Part shown: piece after piece, positions 53,571-64,000 of the stretch | How the letters are laid out: each line of letters begins with the position of its first letter | Numbering within the stretch: position 1 is the stretch's first letter | From: Desulfobacteraceae bacterium | GTDB lineage: Bacteria > Desulfobacterota > Desulfobacteria > Desulfobacterales > Desulfosarcinaceae | Direction of reading: 5' to 3' | Length of the DNA: 64,000 bases | Assembly: GCA_050291585.1 (NCBI GenBank) | Contig: JBNKKA010000002.1 | Location: 11,019 to 75,018, forward strand | Made by a program: the position numbers and the translations under genes | Notes under the pieces: generated by a model | What the model saw: the letters and a program-made list of their open reading frames with translations, nothing else | The model's database searches: none | Told to the model about the DNA's origin: nothing

Positions 53571-56447
53571 ATGGCGAAAATCAGAGTCTACGAACTGGCC
53601 AGAGATCTCAATATGACCAACAAGGATCTCCTCGCCAAATTGAGGGAGATGGAGATCGAGATCAACAGCCATATGAGTTCCCTGGATGAGGACACCATTA
53701 CCAGGGTGAAAAACTTGCTGCAGGGTGGTCCTCAACCCAACCTGGAAGAGACACGGGTAACCCCCGGCGTGATTCGACGTCGGCGTAAAGTAGTCAAACG
53801 CGAGGCCCAAGCGCCGGAGTCAAAGGCCGAAGCGGCCGCCGAGGAAGACCAAGTCGCCGATAGTGCTGAAGTCGCGCCTGAGGAAACTGGCGAAGAGGAA
53901 CAGCCCGAAGCTGTAAAGGTAGCTCCCGCTAAAACCGTCGCGCCAAAAGCCCCAGAAGAACCGGCCGCCAAGATCATTGCGCCTGCCGAGCCGCCACCTG
54001 TCGAGCCAGTGCCACCGACCCCAGAGACTCCGGCAGAGGAAGCCCCGGCGATAGAAGAAGGCGCCCAGGAAAAGGCTGTCGAGGAAAATGCGGTAGAAAC
54101 CGCTTCTCAAGAGGCATCGGCCACTGAAGCCGTTGTCCCCGAAGCACCCAGCGCTGAGGCCGAAGCGACCGAACCGCCAGAGAAGGCTACGGCCACTGAG
54201 GAAAGCCCTGCCAATACCGCAGGTAATGCGGCTACAGAAGCGGAAGAAAAAGCAAGTGCCACCGAAACCGCAACGCCCAAGGCCAAACCCAAACGCGGCG
54301 AGTCGGCGGCTAAAATTATCCGCCTGCCCAAGAAGCCCATCGCATCCCTCAAGCCTAGCAGCCGTCCGAAACCCGCCGCCAGACCTGCGCGTCCAACACG
54401 CCCATCTCGACCGGGTGCTTATGCGGCACCTGGAATTCCACCCGCCGCCCCCAAAGGCCCCCCGGCTGAGGATCGTACCGACAGCCGCAAAAAGGCGCGT
54501 AAACGCGGTGCACCTGCTGCAGAGACTGCCGATAAAAAACCTTATAAAAAGAAGGGCGGTTTCCGCCGCAGAGAGGTGGTCGAAGGCCGCGATCTTTACA
54601 GCGGCAAACGCGGTCGCAAGGGCAAAAAGGGCCGGGGCAAGCCGGCCTATAGCGGTGGCGAGAAAACCCAGATCACGACGGCCAAGGCAATCAAACGGCG
54701 CGTCAAAGTGGATGATACCATCATCCTCTCGGAGTTGGCCAAACGCATGGGTATCAAGGCCAATGAGATGATCGCCAAGCTCATGGGCATGGGCGTCATG
54801 GCCACCGTCAATCAGACCATCGACTACGACACGGCTGTGTTGGTGGCCTCAGAGTTCGAATACGAAGTGGAAAGAGCCAGCTTCGAAGAGGAAGCCATCC
54901 TCAAAACCGATGTGCAGGATGCACCGGAAAAACTATTACCACGCCCCCCGGTTGTCACCATCATGGGGCACGTCGATCATGGTAAGACCTCCCTGCTGGA
55001 TGTGATCCGCCAGACGCGCATCACCGACCACGAAGCCGGCGGTATCACCCAGCATATCGGCGCCTATAATGTCACCACGCCCAAGGGCCAGATCGTCTTC
55101 CTGGACACTCCCGGTCACGAGGCCTTTTCAGCCATGCGCTTGCGCGGCGCCCAGGTCACCGACCTGGTTATTCTGGTAGTAGCCGCCGATGACGGCATCA
55201 TGCCCCAGACCGTTGAGGCCATCAACCACTCCCGCGCTGCCAAGGTGCCCATCATCGTGGCGGTCAATAAGATGGATAAGCCCGGTGCCGATCCCGACAA
55301 GGTCATGCGTCAATTGGCCGAGATGGAGTTGGTGCCTGAAGATTGGGGCGGGGACACCATCACCGTCAAGGTCTCGGCCAAAGAGAAAACCGGTATCGAT
55401 AGCCTGCTGGAGATGATCCTGCTGCAGGCCGAGATGCTCGAGTTCAGAGCCAATCCAGACAAGAAGGCCACCGGCCATGTTGTCGAAGCCAAACTCGATT
55501 CGGGCCGCGGCCCGGTGGCTACGGTTCTCATCAACGACGGAACCCTCAAAGTGGGCGACCCTGTTGTATGCGGTGTCCACTTCGGTAAACTGCGGGCCCT
55601 GCTCAATGACCTCGGCCAGCAGGTGGAGTCGGCGGGCCCCGCCATCCCTGTGGAGATCGTGGGTCTTTCCGGAGTACCCAACGCCGGTGATGAGATGGTG
55701 GCCCTGGAAGACGAGAAAGATGCCAAACAGGTCAGCGCCCATCGTCTGCAGAAACAACGCTCCCTGGAACTGGCAAAGACCAGCCGCCTGAGCCTGGAGA
55801 ATCTGTTTGAACAGATGCAGGAGGGCGAGGTTCAGGACCTGAACGTCATCATCAAAGCCGACGTGGACGGCTCCATCGAAGCCCTGCGCGATTCGTTGAC
55901 CAAACTCTCCAACGAAGAGGTCAACATCAACGTGGTGCAGGCCGCCACCGGCACTATCAGCGAATCGGACGTCTCCCTGGCGGCGGTCTCCAATGCCATC
56001 ATCATCGGTTTCAACGTCAGACCCAACACCAAAGTCCGTGAAATGGCCCAAGAGGAAAATGTAGACATCCGTTATCACAATGTGATCTACAATGTGATCA
56101 AGGAGGTCAAGGACGCCATCCTGGGTATGATGAAATCCACCTTCGAAGAGCGTCTCCTGGGCAAGGCCGAAGTCCGTCAGGTCTTCCACGTGCCCAAGGT
56201 TGGCTCCATTGCCGGTTCCTATGTGATCGAGGGCAAGCTCGAGCGCGGCCGCCAGATGCGCTTGCTACGCGATGGTATTGTCATATACGAAGGTCGCAAT
56301 GGCTCTCTCAGGCGTTTCAAAGACGACGTCAAAGAGGTCCAGACCGGCTACGAATGCGGTATCGGCATCGAGAACTTCAACGACATCAAGGTCGGCGACT
56401 ACATCGAATGCTTCTACATGGAGGAGATTCGCCCCGATATGGCCTAG
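53571..56447 (+). CDS. infB: Translation initiation factor IF-2
   Basis: 958 aa. [15 protein letters not shown]-terminus, Ala/Glu/Pro-rich linker, G-domain with [25 protein letters not shown] and NKMD. Confidence 0.97.
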   Translation: MAKIRVYELARDLNMTNKDLLAKLREMEIEINSHMSSLDEDTITRVKNLLQGGPQPNLEETRVTPGVIRRRRKVVKREAQAPESKAEAAAEEDQVADSAEVAPEETGEEEQPEAVKVAPAKTVAPKAPEEPAAKIIAPAEPPPVEPVPPTPETPAEEAPAIEEGAQEKAVEENAVETASQEASATEAVVPEAPSAEAEATEPPEKATATEESPANTAGNAATEAEEKASATETATPKAKPKRGESAAKIIRLPKKPIASLKPSSRPKPAARPARPTRPSRPGAYAAPGIPPAAPKGPPAEDRTDSRKKARKRGAPAAETADKKPYKKKGGFRRREVVEGRDLYSGKRGRKGKKGRGKPAYSGGEKTQITTAKAIKRRVKVDDTIILSELAKRMGIKANEMIAKLMGMGVMATVNQTIDYDTAVLVASEFEYEVERASFEEEAILKTDVQDAPEKLLPRPPVVTIMGHVDHGKTSLLDVIRQTRITDHEAGGITQHIGAYNVTTPKGQIVFLDTPGHEAFSAMRLRGAQVTDLVILVVAADDGIMPQTVEAINHSRAAKVPIIVAVNKMDKPGADPDKVMRQLAEMELVPEDWGGDTITVKVSAKEKTGIDSLLEMILLQAEMLEFRANPDKKATGHVVEAKLDSGRGPVATVLINDGTLKVGDPVVCGVHFGKLRALLNDLGQQVESAGPAIPVEIVGLSGVPNAGDEMVALEDEKDAKQVSAHRLQKQRSLELAKTSRLSLENLFEQMQEGEVQDLNVIIKADVDGSIEALRDSLTKLSNEEVNINVVQAATGTISESDVSLAAVSNAIIIGFNVRPNTKVREMAQEENVDIRYHNVIYNVIKEVKDAILGMMKSTFEERLLGKAEVRQVFHVPKVGSIAGSYVIEGKLERGRQMRLLRDGIVIYEGRNGSLRRFKDDVKEVQTGYECGIGIENFNDIKVGDYIECFYMEEIRPDMA

Positions 56448-56527
56448 TTATTATAGCCAAACTATGAAGGATCGCACGCTGTGGCACGCGACCCTGAGCA
56501 ACAATAGAAAGAAGGATAATTATTGCC

Positions 56528-56815
56528 ATGGTCATCGGCACCGGCATCATCACCCTGAGAATTCACGACTGCCGGTCGCTGAAAGGCAAGCGCAAGATCG
56601 TCAAGAGCGTTGTCCAGAGAATTCGCAATAACTTCAACGCCTCCGTGGCGGAGGTGGGCGCCAATGACATCTACCAGCGGGCCGAAATCGGCATTGCCCT
56701 TGCCGGTAATGACGCCCAGGTAATCAACTCCAAGCTGGACAAGGTCTTCAACCTGGTTGATGATCTGAATCTAGCCGAGGTGATCGACACTGAATACGAG
56801 ATCATCACCTATTGA
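56528..56815 (+). CDS. DUF503 (YlxP-like) protein
   Basis: 95 aa. LRIHDCRSLKGKRKIVKSVVQRIRNNFNASVAEVG. Conserved position between infB and rbfA. Confidence 0.75.
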   Translation: MVIGTGIITLRIHDCRSLKGKRKIVKSVVQRIRNNFNASVAEVGANDIYQRAEIGIALAGNDAQVINSKLDKVFNLVDDLNLAEVIDTEYEIITY

Positions 56816-56883
56816 GCATCCAGGTCGATGAGGCGTCTGACATTAGGTGCCAGACGTTAGAAGAAACAATAGAGCATACAGAG

Positions 56884-57264
56884 ATGAAACCCTATTCCCG
56901 GTCCGTGCGCGTCGGCGGACAGATCCAAAAACTCTTGTCCGAACTGCTGCAGAAACGCATCAGCGACCCGCGTTTGTCCCAGACGACTATCTCGGGCGTC
57001 AAGATGACCAACGATCTGCGTATCGCCAAGATATATTTTGCCACGGCCAATGGTGCCACGAAGAAAACAGATGCCCTGGAGGGTTTCAAGAGCGCCCGTG
57101 GGTTCCTCAAACGGACCCTTGCCGCCACCCTGGGTTTGCGCTATATGCCGGACCTCCAGTTCTACTATGATGATTCATTCGACTACGGTGCGCACATAGA
57201 GTCCGTATTAAAGCGCATAGAAGCAGAGCATGAACCAGATCGTCCGCCAACTGAAGAAGAGTGA
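56884..57264 (+). CDS. rbfA: Ribosome-binding factor A
   Basis: RSVRVGGQIQKLLSELL...DPRL...ISGVKMTNDLRIAKIYF. The ATG at 56884 is preferred to 56812. Confidence 0.88.
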   Translation: MKPYSRSVRVGGQIQKLLSELLQKRISDPRLSQTTISGVKMTNDLRIAKIYFATANGATKKTDALEGFKSARGFLKRTLAATLGLRYMPDLQFYYDDSFDYGAHIESVLKRIEAEHEPDRPPTEEE

Positions 57265-58234
57265 GCGCATCTTCGTCGCCTCCCATGAAAGCCCGGACGG
57301 CGATGCAGTGGGCTCCCTTTTGGCCACCTATCTCGTGCTAAAAGCCACGGGCCGCCAGGTGATCTGCTACAACCCCAGCCAGATTCCGGCGGTCTACCGC
57401 TTTCTGCCGGGGGTGGAAGCCATCACCCGCGATCCGTCTGCGGTGGCCGGATGTGACACGGCGGTGATTCTGGATTGCGGCAACCTGTCCCGCATCGGGA
57501 AGCTGAGCGACCAGGTGGTGGCAATGCCCACGGTGATCAATATCGATCACCATGTGACCAATACGAATTTCGGCACCCACCGCATCATCGACACCGAGGC
57601 GTGTGCCACGGCGGCCATCATCTACCGCCTTGTGAAAGCGGCCGGTTGGCCAATATCTGGAGATGTGGCCACCTGTCTGTACACCGGAATTCTGACCGAT
57701 ACGGGGTCGTTCCGCTTCTCCAACACCAACCGGGAAGTGTTCGCGATCTGTGATGACCTAACCACTCTGGGCGTGGACCCCTATGCGGTGGCCCAGCATG
57801 TGTATGGAACTTACTCCCTGGGCCGCATCAAGCTGCTCAACCTGGCCCTGGATTCCATCGAGCTGTCGGCCAACGGCCAGATGTCGATCATGACTTTGAC
57901 TCAGCAGATGCTCAAAGCCACCCGTACCCAGCCAGAGGATGCTGATGGCTTGATCAATTATGCGCGCCGTATTGAAGACGTTAAGGTAGCGGCCCTGATC
58001 CAGGAGCTGGCAGACGCCGAGGGCAATCCATCGCAGGCCAATAATAGCCGGCGTAAGAGCTATCACGTCAGCCTGAGATCGGATGGGTCCGTGGATGTGG
58101 CCGAGATCGCCATGAGTTTCGGCGGCGGCGGCCACCCTAATGCCTCGGGGTTCAGTATCGAGACCACCCTGGTGGAGCTCAAGGCCACGATACGGGATCT
58201 GTCGAACCGAATTCCAGAGCCATGCAACGTATAG
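57230..58234 (+). CDS. DHH/DHHA1-family phosphoesterase (NrnA-like oligoribonuclease/pAp phosphatase)
   Basis: SHESPDGDAVGS, INIDHH and GGGHPNASG motifs. Confidence 0.85.
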   Translation: MNQIVRQLKKSERIFVASHESPDGDAVGSLLATYLVLKATGRQVICYNPSQIPAVYRFLPGVEAITRDPSAVAGCDTAVILDCGNLSRIGKLSDQVVAMPTVINIDHHVTNTNFGTHRIIDTEACATAAIIYRLVKAAGWPISGDVATCLYTGILTDTGSFRFSNTNREVFAICDDLTTLGVDPYAVAQHVYGTYSLGRIKLLNLALDSIELSANGQMSIMTLTQQMLKATRTQPEDADGLINYARRIEDVKVAALIQELADAEGNPSQANNSRRKSYHVSLRSDGSVDVAEIAMSFGGGGHPNASGFSIETTLVELKATIRDLSNRIPEPCNV

Positions 58235-59169
58235 TCAATGGCTTTCTGGTCATAGATAAACCCGTAGACACGACCTCTGCTCAGATCGTTGCGCGGGTGA
58301 AACGGCTCACCGGAGCCAAGAAAGTCGGGCACACCGGCACTCTCGACCCCTTCGCCACGGGGGTGCTGATCTGTTGCCTGAACCAGGCCACTCGTTTGGC
58401 CGGCTATTTGTTGAAGGATATCAAGCGCTACCGCGCTGTCCTGCACCTGGGCGTGGAGACCGACACCCAGGACAGCACCGGCGCGGTGATCTCGCGGTCC
58501 AAGTTCGATGTGACCAACCTGAAACCGGAAGTGGTCACAACAGCTTTTCGCGCTTTCGAAGGCACTTTTCAACAACAGCCACCGGTCTATTCGGCCTTGA
58601 AACACCAGGGGGTGCCCCTGTATAAGCTGGCCCGCATGGGCAAGCCTGTACAAAAAGCACCCCGTGAGGTGACCGTTTCACGGCTTGTGATCAAGAAGAT
58701 CGATCTACCCGAGGTCACCTTTGAGGCCACTTGCTCGGCCGGCACTTATATCCGTACCCTGGGTGCCGATATTGGCCGCCAGCTCGGTTGCGGCGGTCAT
58801 CTGACCGACTTGCGTCGCCTGGCCAGTGGTCCCTTTGGACTGGATGCGGCCCTAAGCCTAGACCAGCTCCAAACCGCGGTCTCTGAAAACCGCCTTGCGC
58901 CGCATCTTATCCCGGCGGCCCAGGCGCTTGAAAACTGGCCAAGGTTCGTGGCAGACAAGCGTCTGCTGGCCAAGGTCGGTCACGGCCAGCCTGTGACTCT
59001 CGAGGATGTGGGACCGATGGAGCCCATGCCGAGGGAGGCCGGCGAGCCGATCCTGGTGATGAGTGCCGACGACCGCCTGATGGCGGTTCTGGGTTTTCAG
59101 CCTGATACGGAAAAACTTAGTTATCATTGTGTGTTTACTGATGAGATAAATGCTTCTGGAATTGTGTAA
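58222..59169 (+). CDS. truB: tRNA pseudouridine(55) synthase
   Basis: GFLVIDKP...TSAQIV...KVGHTGTLDPFATGVL motif. Confidence 0.93.
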   Translation: MQRIVNGFLVIDKPVDTTSAQIVARVKRLTGAKKVGHTGTLDPFATGVLICCLNQATRLAGYLLKDIKRYRAVLHLGVETDTQDSTGAVISRSKFDVTNLKPEVVTTAFRAFEGTFQQQPPVYSALKHQGVPLYKLARMGKPVQKAPREVTVSRLVIKKIDLPEVTFEATCSAGTYIRTLGADIGRQLGCGGHLTDLRRLASGPFGLDAALSLDQLQTAVSENRLAPHLIPAAQALENWPRFVADKRLLAKVGHGQPVTLEDVGPMEPMPREAGEPILVMSADDRLMAVLGFQPDTEKLSYHCVFTDEINASGIV

Positions 59170-59181
59170 GGAGGAGTCATC

Positions 59182-59451
59182 GTGGCGTATACAACAGATG
59201 CCAAAAAAAACCTGATTGAAAAGTACAAGCAACACGAGTCCGATACCGGTTCACCCGAGGTTCAGATCGGCCTTTTGACCTATCGTATCACCTATCTGAC
59301 CGAGCACCTCAAAGTGCATAAAAAAGACCACCACAGCCGCCGCGGGTTGCTGATGCTGGTCGGTAAACGGCGCCGGCTGCTGAACTATGTCAAAAAGAAC
59401 GACGTAAAACGCTATCGGACCATCATTGAAACCTTAGGGTTGCGGCGATAA
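59182..59451 (+). CDS. rpsO: 30S ribosomal protein S15
   Basis: [38 protein letters not shown] start with an AGGAGG Shine-Dalgarno. Confidence 0.95.
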   Translation: MAYTTDAKKNLIEKYKQHESDTGSPEVQIGLLTYRITYLTEHLKVHKKDHHSRRGLLMLVGKRRRLLNYVKKNDVKRYRTIIETLGLRR

Positions 59452-59608
59452 GCCCCACCCTTCACCGCTTCGCATAGGTGAGCCTCGGCGCCCGGATCTC
59501 CCGGGCGGCAGAGGAGGCGCACCTGTGTAGGCATTTGGCGTGAAGCGGTAATTGTGCATCGGTTTTCAACCGCGTGGCGGGGAGACCGGGCAAGTTTAGG
59601 AGTAATAA

Positions 59609-61708
59609 ATGGAAAAAGTCTATACAGCGGATCTCGGCGGTCGCCCCTTGACCATCAAATCCGGCAAGGTGGCCAAACAGGCCTCCGGTTCGGTCATTGT
59701 AACCTACGGCGAAACCACCGTGCTCGTCACGGCTGTAGCCGCCTACGACGTGCGCCCCACCAATTTTCTGCCGCTGACCGTTGAGTACCAGGAGAAAATT
59801 TACGCCGCCGGCCGCATTCCGGGCAACTACTTCCGGCGTGAGATTGGTCGGCCCAGCGAAAAAGAAACCCTCACAGCGCGCCTCATCGATCGTCCCATTC
59901 GGCCGCTGTTTCCCAAAGAGTGGCGGCATGAGTCCCAGGTGATCGCCACCGTGCTCAGCATGGACCAGGAGAACGATCCCGACATGCTCGCCATGGTGGG
60001 CGCTTCCGCGGCCCTGAGCATCTCTGACATACCCTTTGCCGGCCCCATCGCAGGCGTACGCGTAGCTCGCGTGGACGGTGAATTGGTGGTCAACCCCACC
60101 CTCGAGCAACGTGAAAATTGCGACATCAATATCATCATAGCCGGCTCGCGCACGGGGGTGGTGATGGTTGAAGGCGGTGCCGACGTGGTCAACGAGAGCG
60201 ACATGCTCGAAGCGATCTTCTACGGCCACAAGGCCCTTCAACCCATTATCGATATCCAACTCGAACTGCAGGCCGCTCTGGGCAAGGAAAAACGTGTCTT
60301 CGAGCCTCCGGAGAAAGACGCCGAGCTCATCGCTGCGGTGGAAGCGGCCGCCACCGATAAAATCAAGGCCACCCTCGTCATCCCGGACAAGATGGAACGT
60401 TACGGCACCATGCGCGTCGTTAAAAACGAGATCTTTGAAGGACTGGGCGAGGCGTACGCCGAGCGCGCCGGAGAGGTTTTCGACGCTCTGGGTGATCTCC
60501 AGAAACGCATCAGTCGCGAGATGATCCTTAAAGAGGGTCGCCGCATCGACGGTCGAAAGTTCGACGAAGTGCGGCCCATCACTTGCGAAGTCGGAACCCT
60601 ACCGCGTCCCCATGGCAGCGCTCTTTTTACCCGCGGTGAGACTCAGGTCTTGGGTGTACTGACTCTCGGTTCGGGTCAGGACGAGCAGCGCGTGGAAACC
60701 TTGGCCGGTGACGAAACCCGGTCCTTTATGCTGCACTACAATTTCCCGCCTTATTCCGTGGGCGAGGTTAAGCGGGTGGGCTCTCCCAGTCGCCGTGACA
60801 TCGGGCACGGTGGCCTCGCCACCCGCGCCCTGGAGCCAGTCCTGCCAGACAAAGAGGATTTCGACTACACCATCCGCCTCGTTTCCGAGGTCTTCGAATC
60901 CAATGGCTCCTCCTCCATGGGGACGGTCTGCGCCGGCACCCTGGCCATGATGGACGGTGGTGTGCCCATCAAGGCACCCGTGTCTGGTATTGCCATGGGA
61001 CTGGTCCAGGAGGAGGATCAAGTGGTCATCCTATCCGATATCCTGGGTGACGAAGACCACACCGGCGACATGGATTTCAAGGTCACCGGCACCGCCGAGG
61101 GCGTCACCGCCTTGCAAATGGACATCAAGATCCTCGAGCTCTCCCGCGACATCATGGAGAAAGCCCTGGAACAGGCCCGTGTGGGTCGTCTACACATCCT
61201 CGACCGGATGCTCTCCACCCTGGCCGACGTCCGCGAGGAGATCTCTCCCCATGCGCCCAAAATCGTCACCATCAAGATCAATCCTGATAAGATCCGTGAC
61301 ATCATCGGCCCGGGCGGCAAAGTAATCCGCGCCATCCAGAGCGAGACCAATACCCGCATCGAAGTCACCGACGACGGTACTGTCAAGATCGCGGCCACCT
61401 CCCAGGCGGACGGCGATGCGGCTTTGGAACAGGTTCAAGGCATTACGGCCGAGCCCGAAGTGGGTGCCATCTACGAAGGCAAGGTGGTCAAGGTTACCGA
61501 TTTTGGCGCATTTGTTCAGATCCTGCCCAACACCGACGGCCTGGTACACATCTCCCAACTGGCCAACTACCGCGTCAAGAGTGTCACCGACGTGGTCAAA
61601 GAGGGTCAAATGCTCAAGGTCAAGGTTCTGGAGATTTCCAGAGACGGCCGTATCCGCTTGAGCCACAAGGCGCTTCTGGAAGAGGAGAATGGATCCAAGG
61701 ATAAATAG
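59609..61708 (+). CDS. pnp: Polyribonucleotide nucleotidyltransferase (PNPase)
   Basis: 699 aa. Two RNase PH domains, a KH domain ([11 protein letters not shown]) and an S1 domain ([13 protein letters not shown]). Confidence 0.97.
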   Translation: MEKVYTADLGGRPLTIKSGKVAKQASGSVIVTYGETTVLVTAVAAYDVRPTNFLPLTVEYQEKIYAAGRIPGNYFRREIGRPSEKETLTARLIDRPIRPLFPKEWRHESQVIATVLSMDQENDPDMLAMVGASAALSISDIPFAGPIAGVRVARVDGELVVNPTLEQRENCDINIIIAGSRTGVVMVEGGADVVNESDMLEAIFYGHKALQPIIDIQLELQAALGKEKRVFEPPEKDAELIAAVEAAATDKIKATLVIPDKMERYGTMRVVKNEIFEGLGEAYAERAGEVFDALGDLQKRISREMILKEGRRIDGRKFDEVRPITCEVGTLPRPHGSALFTRGETQVLGVLTLGSGQDEQRVETLAGDETRSFMLHYNFPPYSVGEVKRVGSPSRRDIGHGGLATRALEPVLPDKEDFDYTIRLVSEVFESNGSSSMGTVCAGTLAMMDGGVPIKAPVSGIAMGLVQEEDQVVILSDILGDEDHTGDMDFKVTGTAEGVTALQMDIKILELSRDIMEKALEQARVGRLHILDRMLSTLADVREEISPHAPKIVTIKINPDKIRDIIGPGGKVIRAIQSETNTRIEVTDDGTVKIAATSQADGDAALEQVQGITAEPEVGAIYEGKVVKVTDFGAFVQILPNTDGLVHISQLANYRVKSVTDVVKEGQMLKVKVLEISRDGRIRLSHKALLEEENGSKDK

Positions 61709-62951
61709 AACCCAACTGAGCAACGGGGTCCAGATCCTGACCAAACGGATGCCCCATGTCCGTTCGGTTTCCATGGGGGTCTGGGCCAACGTCGGTGCCC
61801 GGGATGAGAGCGCCGCCCAAAGCGGCCTCTCCCACTTCATAGAGCATATGATCTTCAAGGGGACCGCTAAGCGGTCCGCTTTGGAGATCGCCAAGGCTTT
61901 CGATGCCATCGGCGGACAGTCCAATGCCTTCACCTCCATGGAGCACACCTGCTACCATGCCCGGGTGCTGGACAGCCATCTGGAGACGATGATCGACATT
62001 CTTTCGGACATCTTCCTCAACTCGCTGTTTGCCCCGGAAGAGGTCGAGAAGGAACGGCCCGTCATCTTCCAGGAGATCGGCATGGCGGAGGACAGTCCCG
62101 AAGACCTCCTCCACCAGAACGCCAGCCGCCACTTCTGGGGGAATACCCCCCTGGGGCGCTCCATCCTCGGTACGCCCCAGAACATCGAGCGCTTCGACGC
62201 CCAGATTATAAGAGCTTTTTTCGAGAACACCTACCAGGCCGAACGCATCATCATCTCCCTGGCGGGCAATCTCGAACACGAGCAGGTCCTGGCTCTCCTG
62301 GCGCCGCGGTTCGAATTGTTGCCCAAAGGGAAGCCTCTGCAACCGCGCCTGACCCCCGCCTCCCGACGCCATTGCCGGATTCATACAAAACCCTTAGAAC
62401 AGGCCCACGTCTGCCTTATGACCGAAGGGCTCTCCAGTACTGCCGCAGGCCGTTTTGGCCTCAGCCTCCTGAACACCCTCCTGGGGGGCAACATGAGCTC
62501 ACGGCTCTTTCAGAAGATCCGCGAGAACCATGGGCTGGCCTACAGTGTCTACTCCTTCATCAGCGCCCATGAGGATACTGGCATGTTCGGGGCTTACACC
62601 GCCGTGGCACCGGAGCAGGCCACGGCAGCCGTGGCTATGATCCTGGAAGAGCTCAAACGTCTGAGCACCGAGATGGTGAATAAGACGGAGCTGCAGGATG
62701 CCAAGGAGTTTATCCGCGGCAATCTCTATCTGGCTGCCGAGAGCGTGGATAATCAGATGGTGCGTCTGGCCCAGAACGAAATCTATTTCAACCGCCATAT
62801 CCCCCTGGCGGAAACCTTGTCACATTTTGACCGCGTCCAACCCGAAGAGATCATGGCCCTGGCGGCCAAACTCTTCGACCCGAACCAACTGAGCCTTACC
62901 ATACTGGGTCCACAGATGGATACCCGGGCCTTGGAGCAGATGGTGGCCTGA
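61689..62951 (+). CDS. M16-family (pitrilysin-like) zinc peptidase
   Basis: [11 protein letters not shown] (HxxEH) motif. 20-nt overlap with the pnp end. Confidence 0.85.
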   Translation: MDPRINRTQLSNGVQILTKRMPHVRSVSMGVWANVGARDESAAQSGLSHFIEHMIFKGTAKRSALEIAKAFDAIGGQSNAFTSMEHTCYHARVLDSHLETMIDILSDIFLNSLFAPEEVEKERPVIFQEIGMAEDSPEDLLHQNASRHFWGNTPLGRSILGTPQNIERFDAQIIRAFFENTYQAERIIISLAGNLEHEQVLALLAPRFELLPKGKPLQPRLTPASRRHCRIHTKPLEQAHVCLMTEGLSSTAAGRFGLSLLNTLLGGNMSSRLFQKIRENHGLAYSVYSFISAHEDTGMFGAYTAVAPEQATAAVAMILEELKRLSTEMVNKTELQDAKEFIRGNLYLAAESVDNQMVRLAQNEIYFNRHIPLAETLSHFDRVQPEEIMALAAKLFDPNQLSLTILGPQMDTRALEQMVA

Positions 62952-63004
62952 GAACGAGATCTCAGGTTCGCCTGAATTATCAGATTTTCCTCATAAGGAG
63001 TTCC

Positions 63005-63463
63005 ATGCAAGATACCCCCACCATCGCTTTCCGCCGTCTACGACCCGATCAGGATGGTGATCTCCCCCTGCCTCGCTATATGACGCCCCAGGCGGCCGGG
63101 ATGGACATCAGCGCTGCCGTTGATGAACCCCTTACTCTGGCCCCGGGAAAGATCGCCCTTATCCCTACCGGGTTCGCCATGGCCCTGCCCTCCGGATACG
63201 AGGCTCAAATCCGTCCCCGCAGCGGTCTGGCAGTCAAGCACGGTATCGGCATCATCAATGCCCCTGGCACCATCGACAGTGACTATCGCGGAGAGGTGAA
63301 AGTCGCCCTCATCAATATGGGTCAGGCCGACTATACCCTCCAGCGGGGGGAACGCATGGCCCAGATGGTGATCCAGACCGTCTGCCAAGCACGCCTGACG
63401 GTTGTCGAACACCTGGATGAAACCGACCGTAGCACCGGCGGGTTCGGCCACACCGGCGCTTGA
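63005..63463 (+). CDS. dut: dUTP diphosphatase
   Basis: AAGMDI, IRPRSGL and [11 protein letters not shown] motifs. Confidence 0.93.
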   Translation: MQDTPTIAFRRLRPDQDGDLPLPRYMTPQAAGMDISAAVDEPLTLAPGKIALIPTGFAMALPSGYEAQIRPRSGLAVKHGIGIINAPGTIDSDYRGEVKVALINMGQADYTLQRGERMAQMVIQTVCQARLTVVEHLDETDRSTGGFGHTGA

Positions 63464-63490
63464 ATCACCAGCACCACCTTTGGAGGGTTC

Positions 63491-64000
63491 ATGTCCAGCC
63501 CCACCCCGCCCCCATCTTCGGATCAGCCCCGGACCCCGCACTTGTCGGTCTGCGTCCTAGCTAGTGGAAGTAAAGGTAACGCCGTCCACATCAGCAGTGC
63601 TGAGACGCACATCCTCATCGATGCTGGCCTGTCAGGGCGCGAGATCCAGCGCCGTATGGTCGAACGCGGCCTCTCGGCCGACGACCTGGACGCCATCCTG
63701 GTCACCCACGAGCACTCCGACCACATCCAGGGGGTTGGGGTCCTGGCCCGGCGCTATAAAATACCGGTCCACATCAGCCGGCGCACCGCTCAGGCCGGGG
63801 ATGGACGCCTGGGCAAAATCGATGCTGTCACCCATTTTCGATGCGGCACCGCCTTCAAGATCGGCGCCTTGGAAGTCCACCCCTTCACCACCTCCCACGA
63901 CGCCGCCGACTCCGCCGGCTTCACCGTGCGCTGCAACGGCTATAAAGCGGGCATCGCCACGGACCTAGGCATCGCCACCGAACTGGTCAAACAGCACCTC
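63491..64000 (+). CDS. MBL-fold metallo-hydrolase (3' end lies outside the window)
   Basis: Absent from the ORF track because it has no stop within the window. The ATG at 63491 follows a GGAGGG Shine-Dalgarno. Translation: ...VCVLASGSKGNAVHISSAETHILIDAGLS...ILVTHEHSDHIQG (HxHxDH motif). Confidence 0.8.
   Translation, partial: MSSPTPPPSSDQPRTPHLSVCVLASGSKGNAVHISSAETHILIDAGLSGREIQRRMVERGLSADDLDAILVTHEHSDHIQGVGVLARRYKIPVHISRRTAQAGDGRLGKIDAVTHFRCGTAFKIGALEVHPFTTSHDAADSAGFTVRCNGYKAGIATDLGIATELVKQHL

Noticed and set aside
55128-56189. 353-aa minus-strand ORF inside infB
   Set aside because: It is antisense to the highly conserved IF2 G-domain and C-terminal domains and has no motifs of its own.
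63564-63968. 134-aa ORF from the track
   Set aside because: It is an off-frame translation of the MBL-fold hydrolase gene (63491 onward), which contains HxHxDH.

Overview
High-GC (roughly 60%) chromosomal segment. From the aprBA-qmoABC module and the gene order I infer a sulfate-reducing or sulfur-cycling Desulfobacterota (deltaproteobacterial) organism. No database searches were run. All family calls rest on motifs I could read in the supplied translations. Layout: (1) 1-12190, dcw cell-wall/division cluster murE'-murF-mraY-murD-ftsW-murG-murC-ftsQ-ftsA-ftsZ. (2) 12377-14137, a B12-binding radical SAM gene, followed by a visibly low-GC islet (about 14140-16600) of small hypothetical, SEC-C, Cys-rich and decayed ORFs. 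(3) 16.4-22.9 kb, a QueG-like Fe-S protein, oxidoreductases, a MazG-like protein, a PAS-GGDEF cyclase, an orphan RsbW-like kinase and an FmdB zinc ribbon. (4) 23.1-30.7 kb, two beta-helix (GGAIY-repeat) lipoproteins flanking a ydjM-like / J-domain / PfkB-kinase operon. (5) 30.9-38.7 kb, qmoCBA and aprAB on the minus strand (dissimilatory APS reductase module). (6) 39.2-44.6 kb, a Cache-type MCP bracketed by three YkgJ-type Cys-cluster paralogs, plus an HsdR_N-domain protein. (7) 44.9-64 kb, translation/RNA housekeeping genes: infC (AUA start)-rpmI-rplT, pheST, a MerR regulator, tRNA-Gly(CCC), rimP-nusA-infB-DUF503-rbfA-nrnA-like-truB-rpsO-pnp, an M16 peptidase, dut, and an MBL-fold hydrolase that runs off the window. 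The main unexplained signals are listed here. Three consecutive dcw gene junctions carry inserted sequence that preserves stop/start coupling: a 79-codon ORF with ATGA overlaps at both ends, an exact 86-nt tandem duplication of the mraY/murD junction that makes two 28-codon chimeric mini-ORFs, and a 21-nt x3 hairpin repeat across the ftsW stop and murG 5' end. A roughly 150-170 nt palindromic MITE-like element occurs in two copies. There is a low-GC islet. There is an 18-nt x7 repeat in the nusA tail. I found no CRISPR array, transposase, integrase or recognisable defence system.
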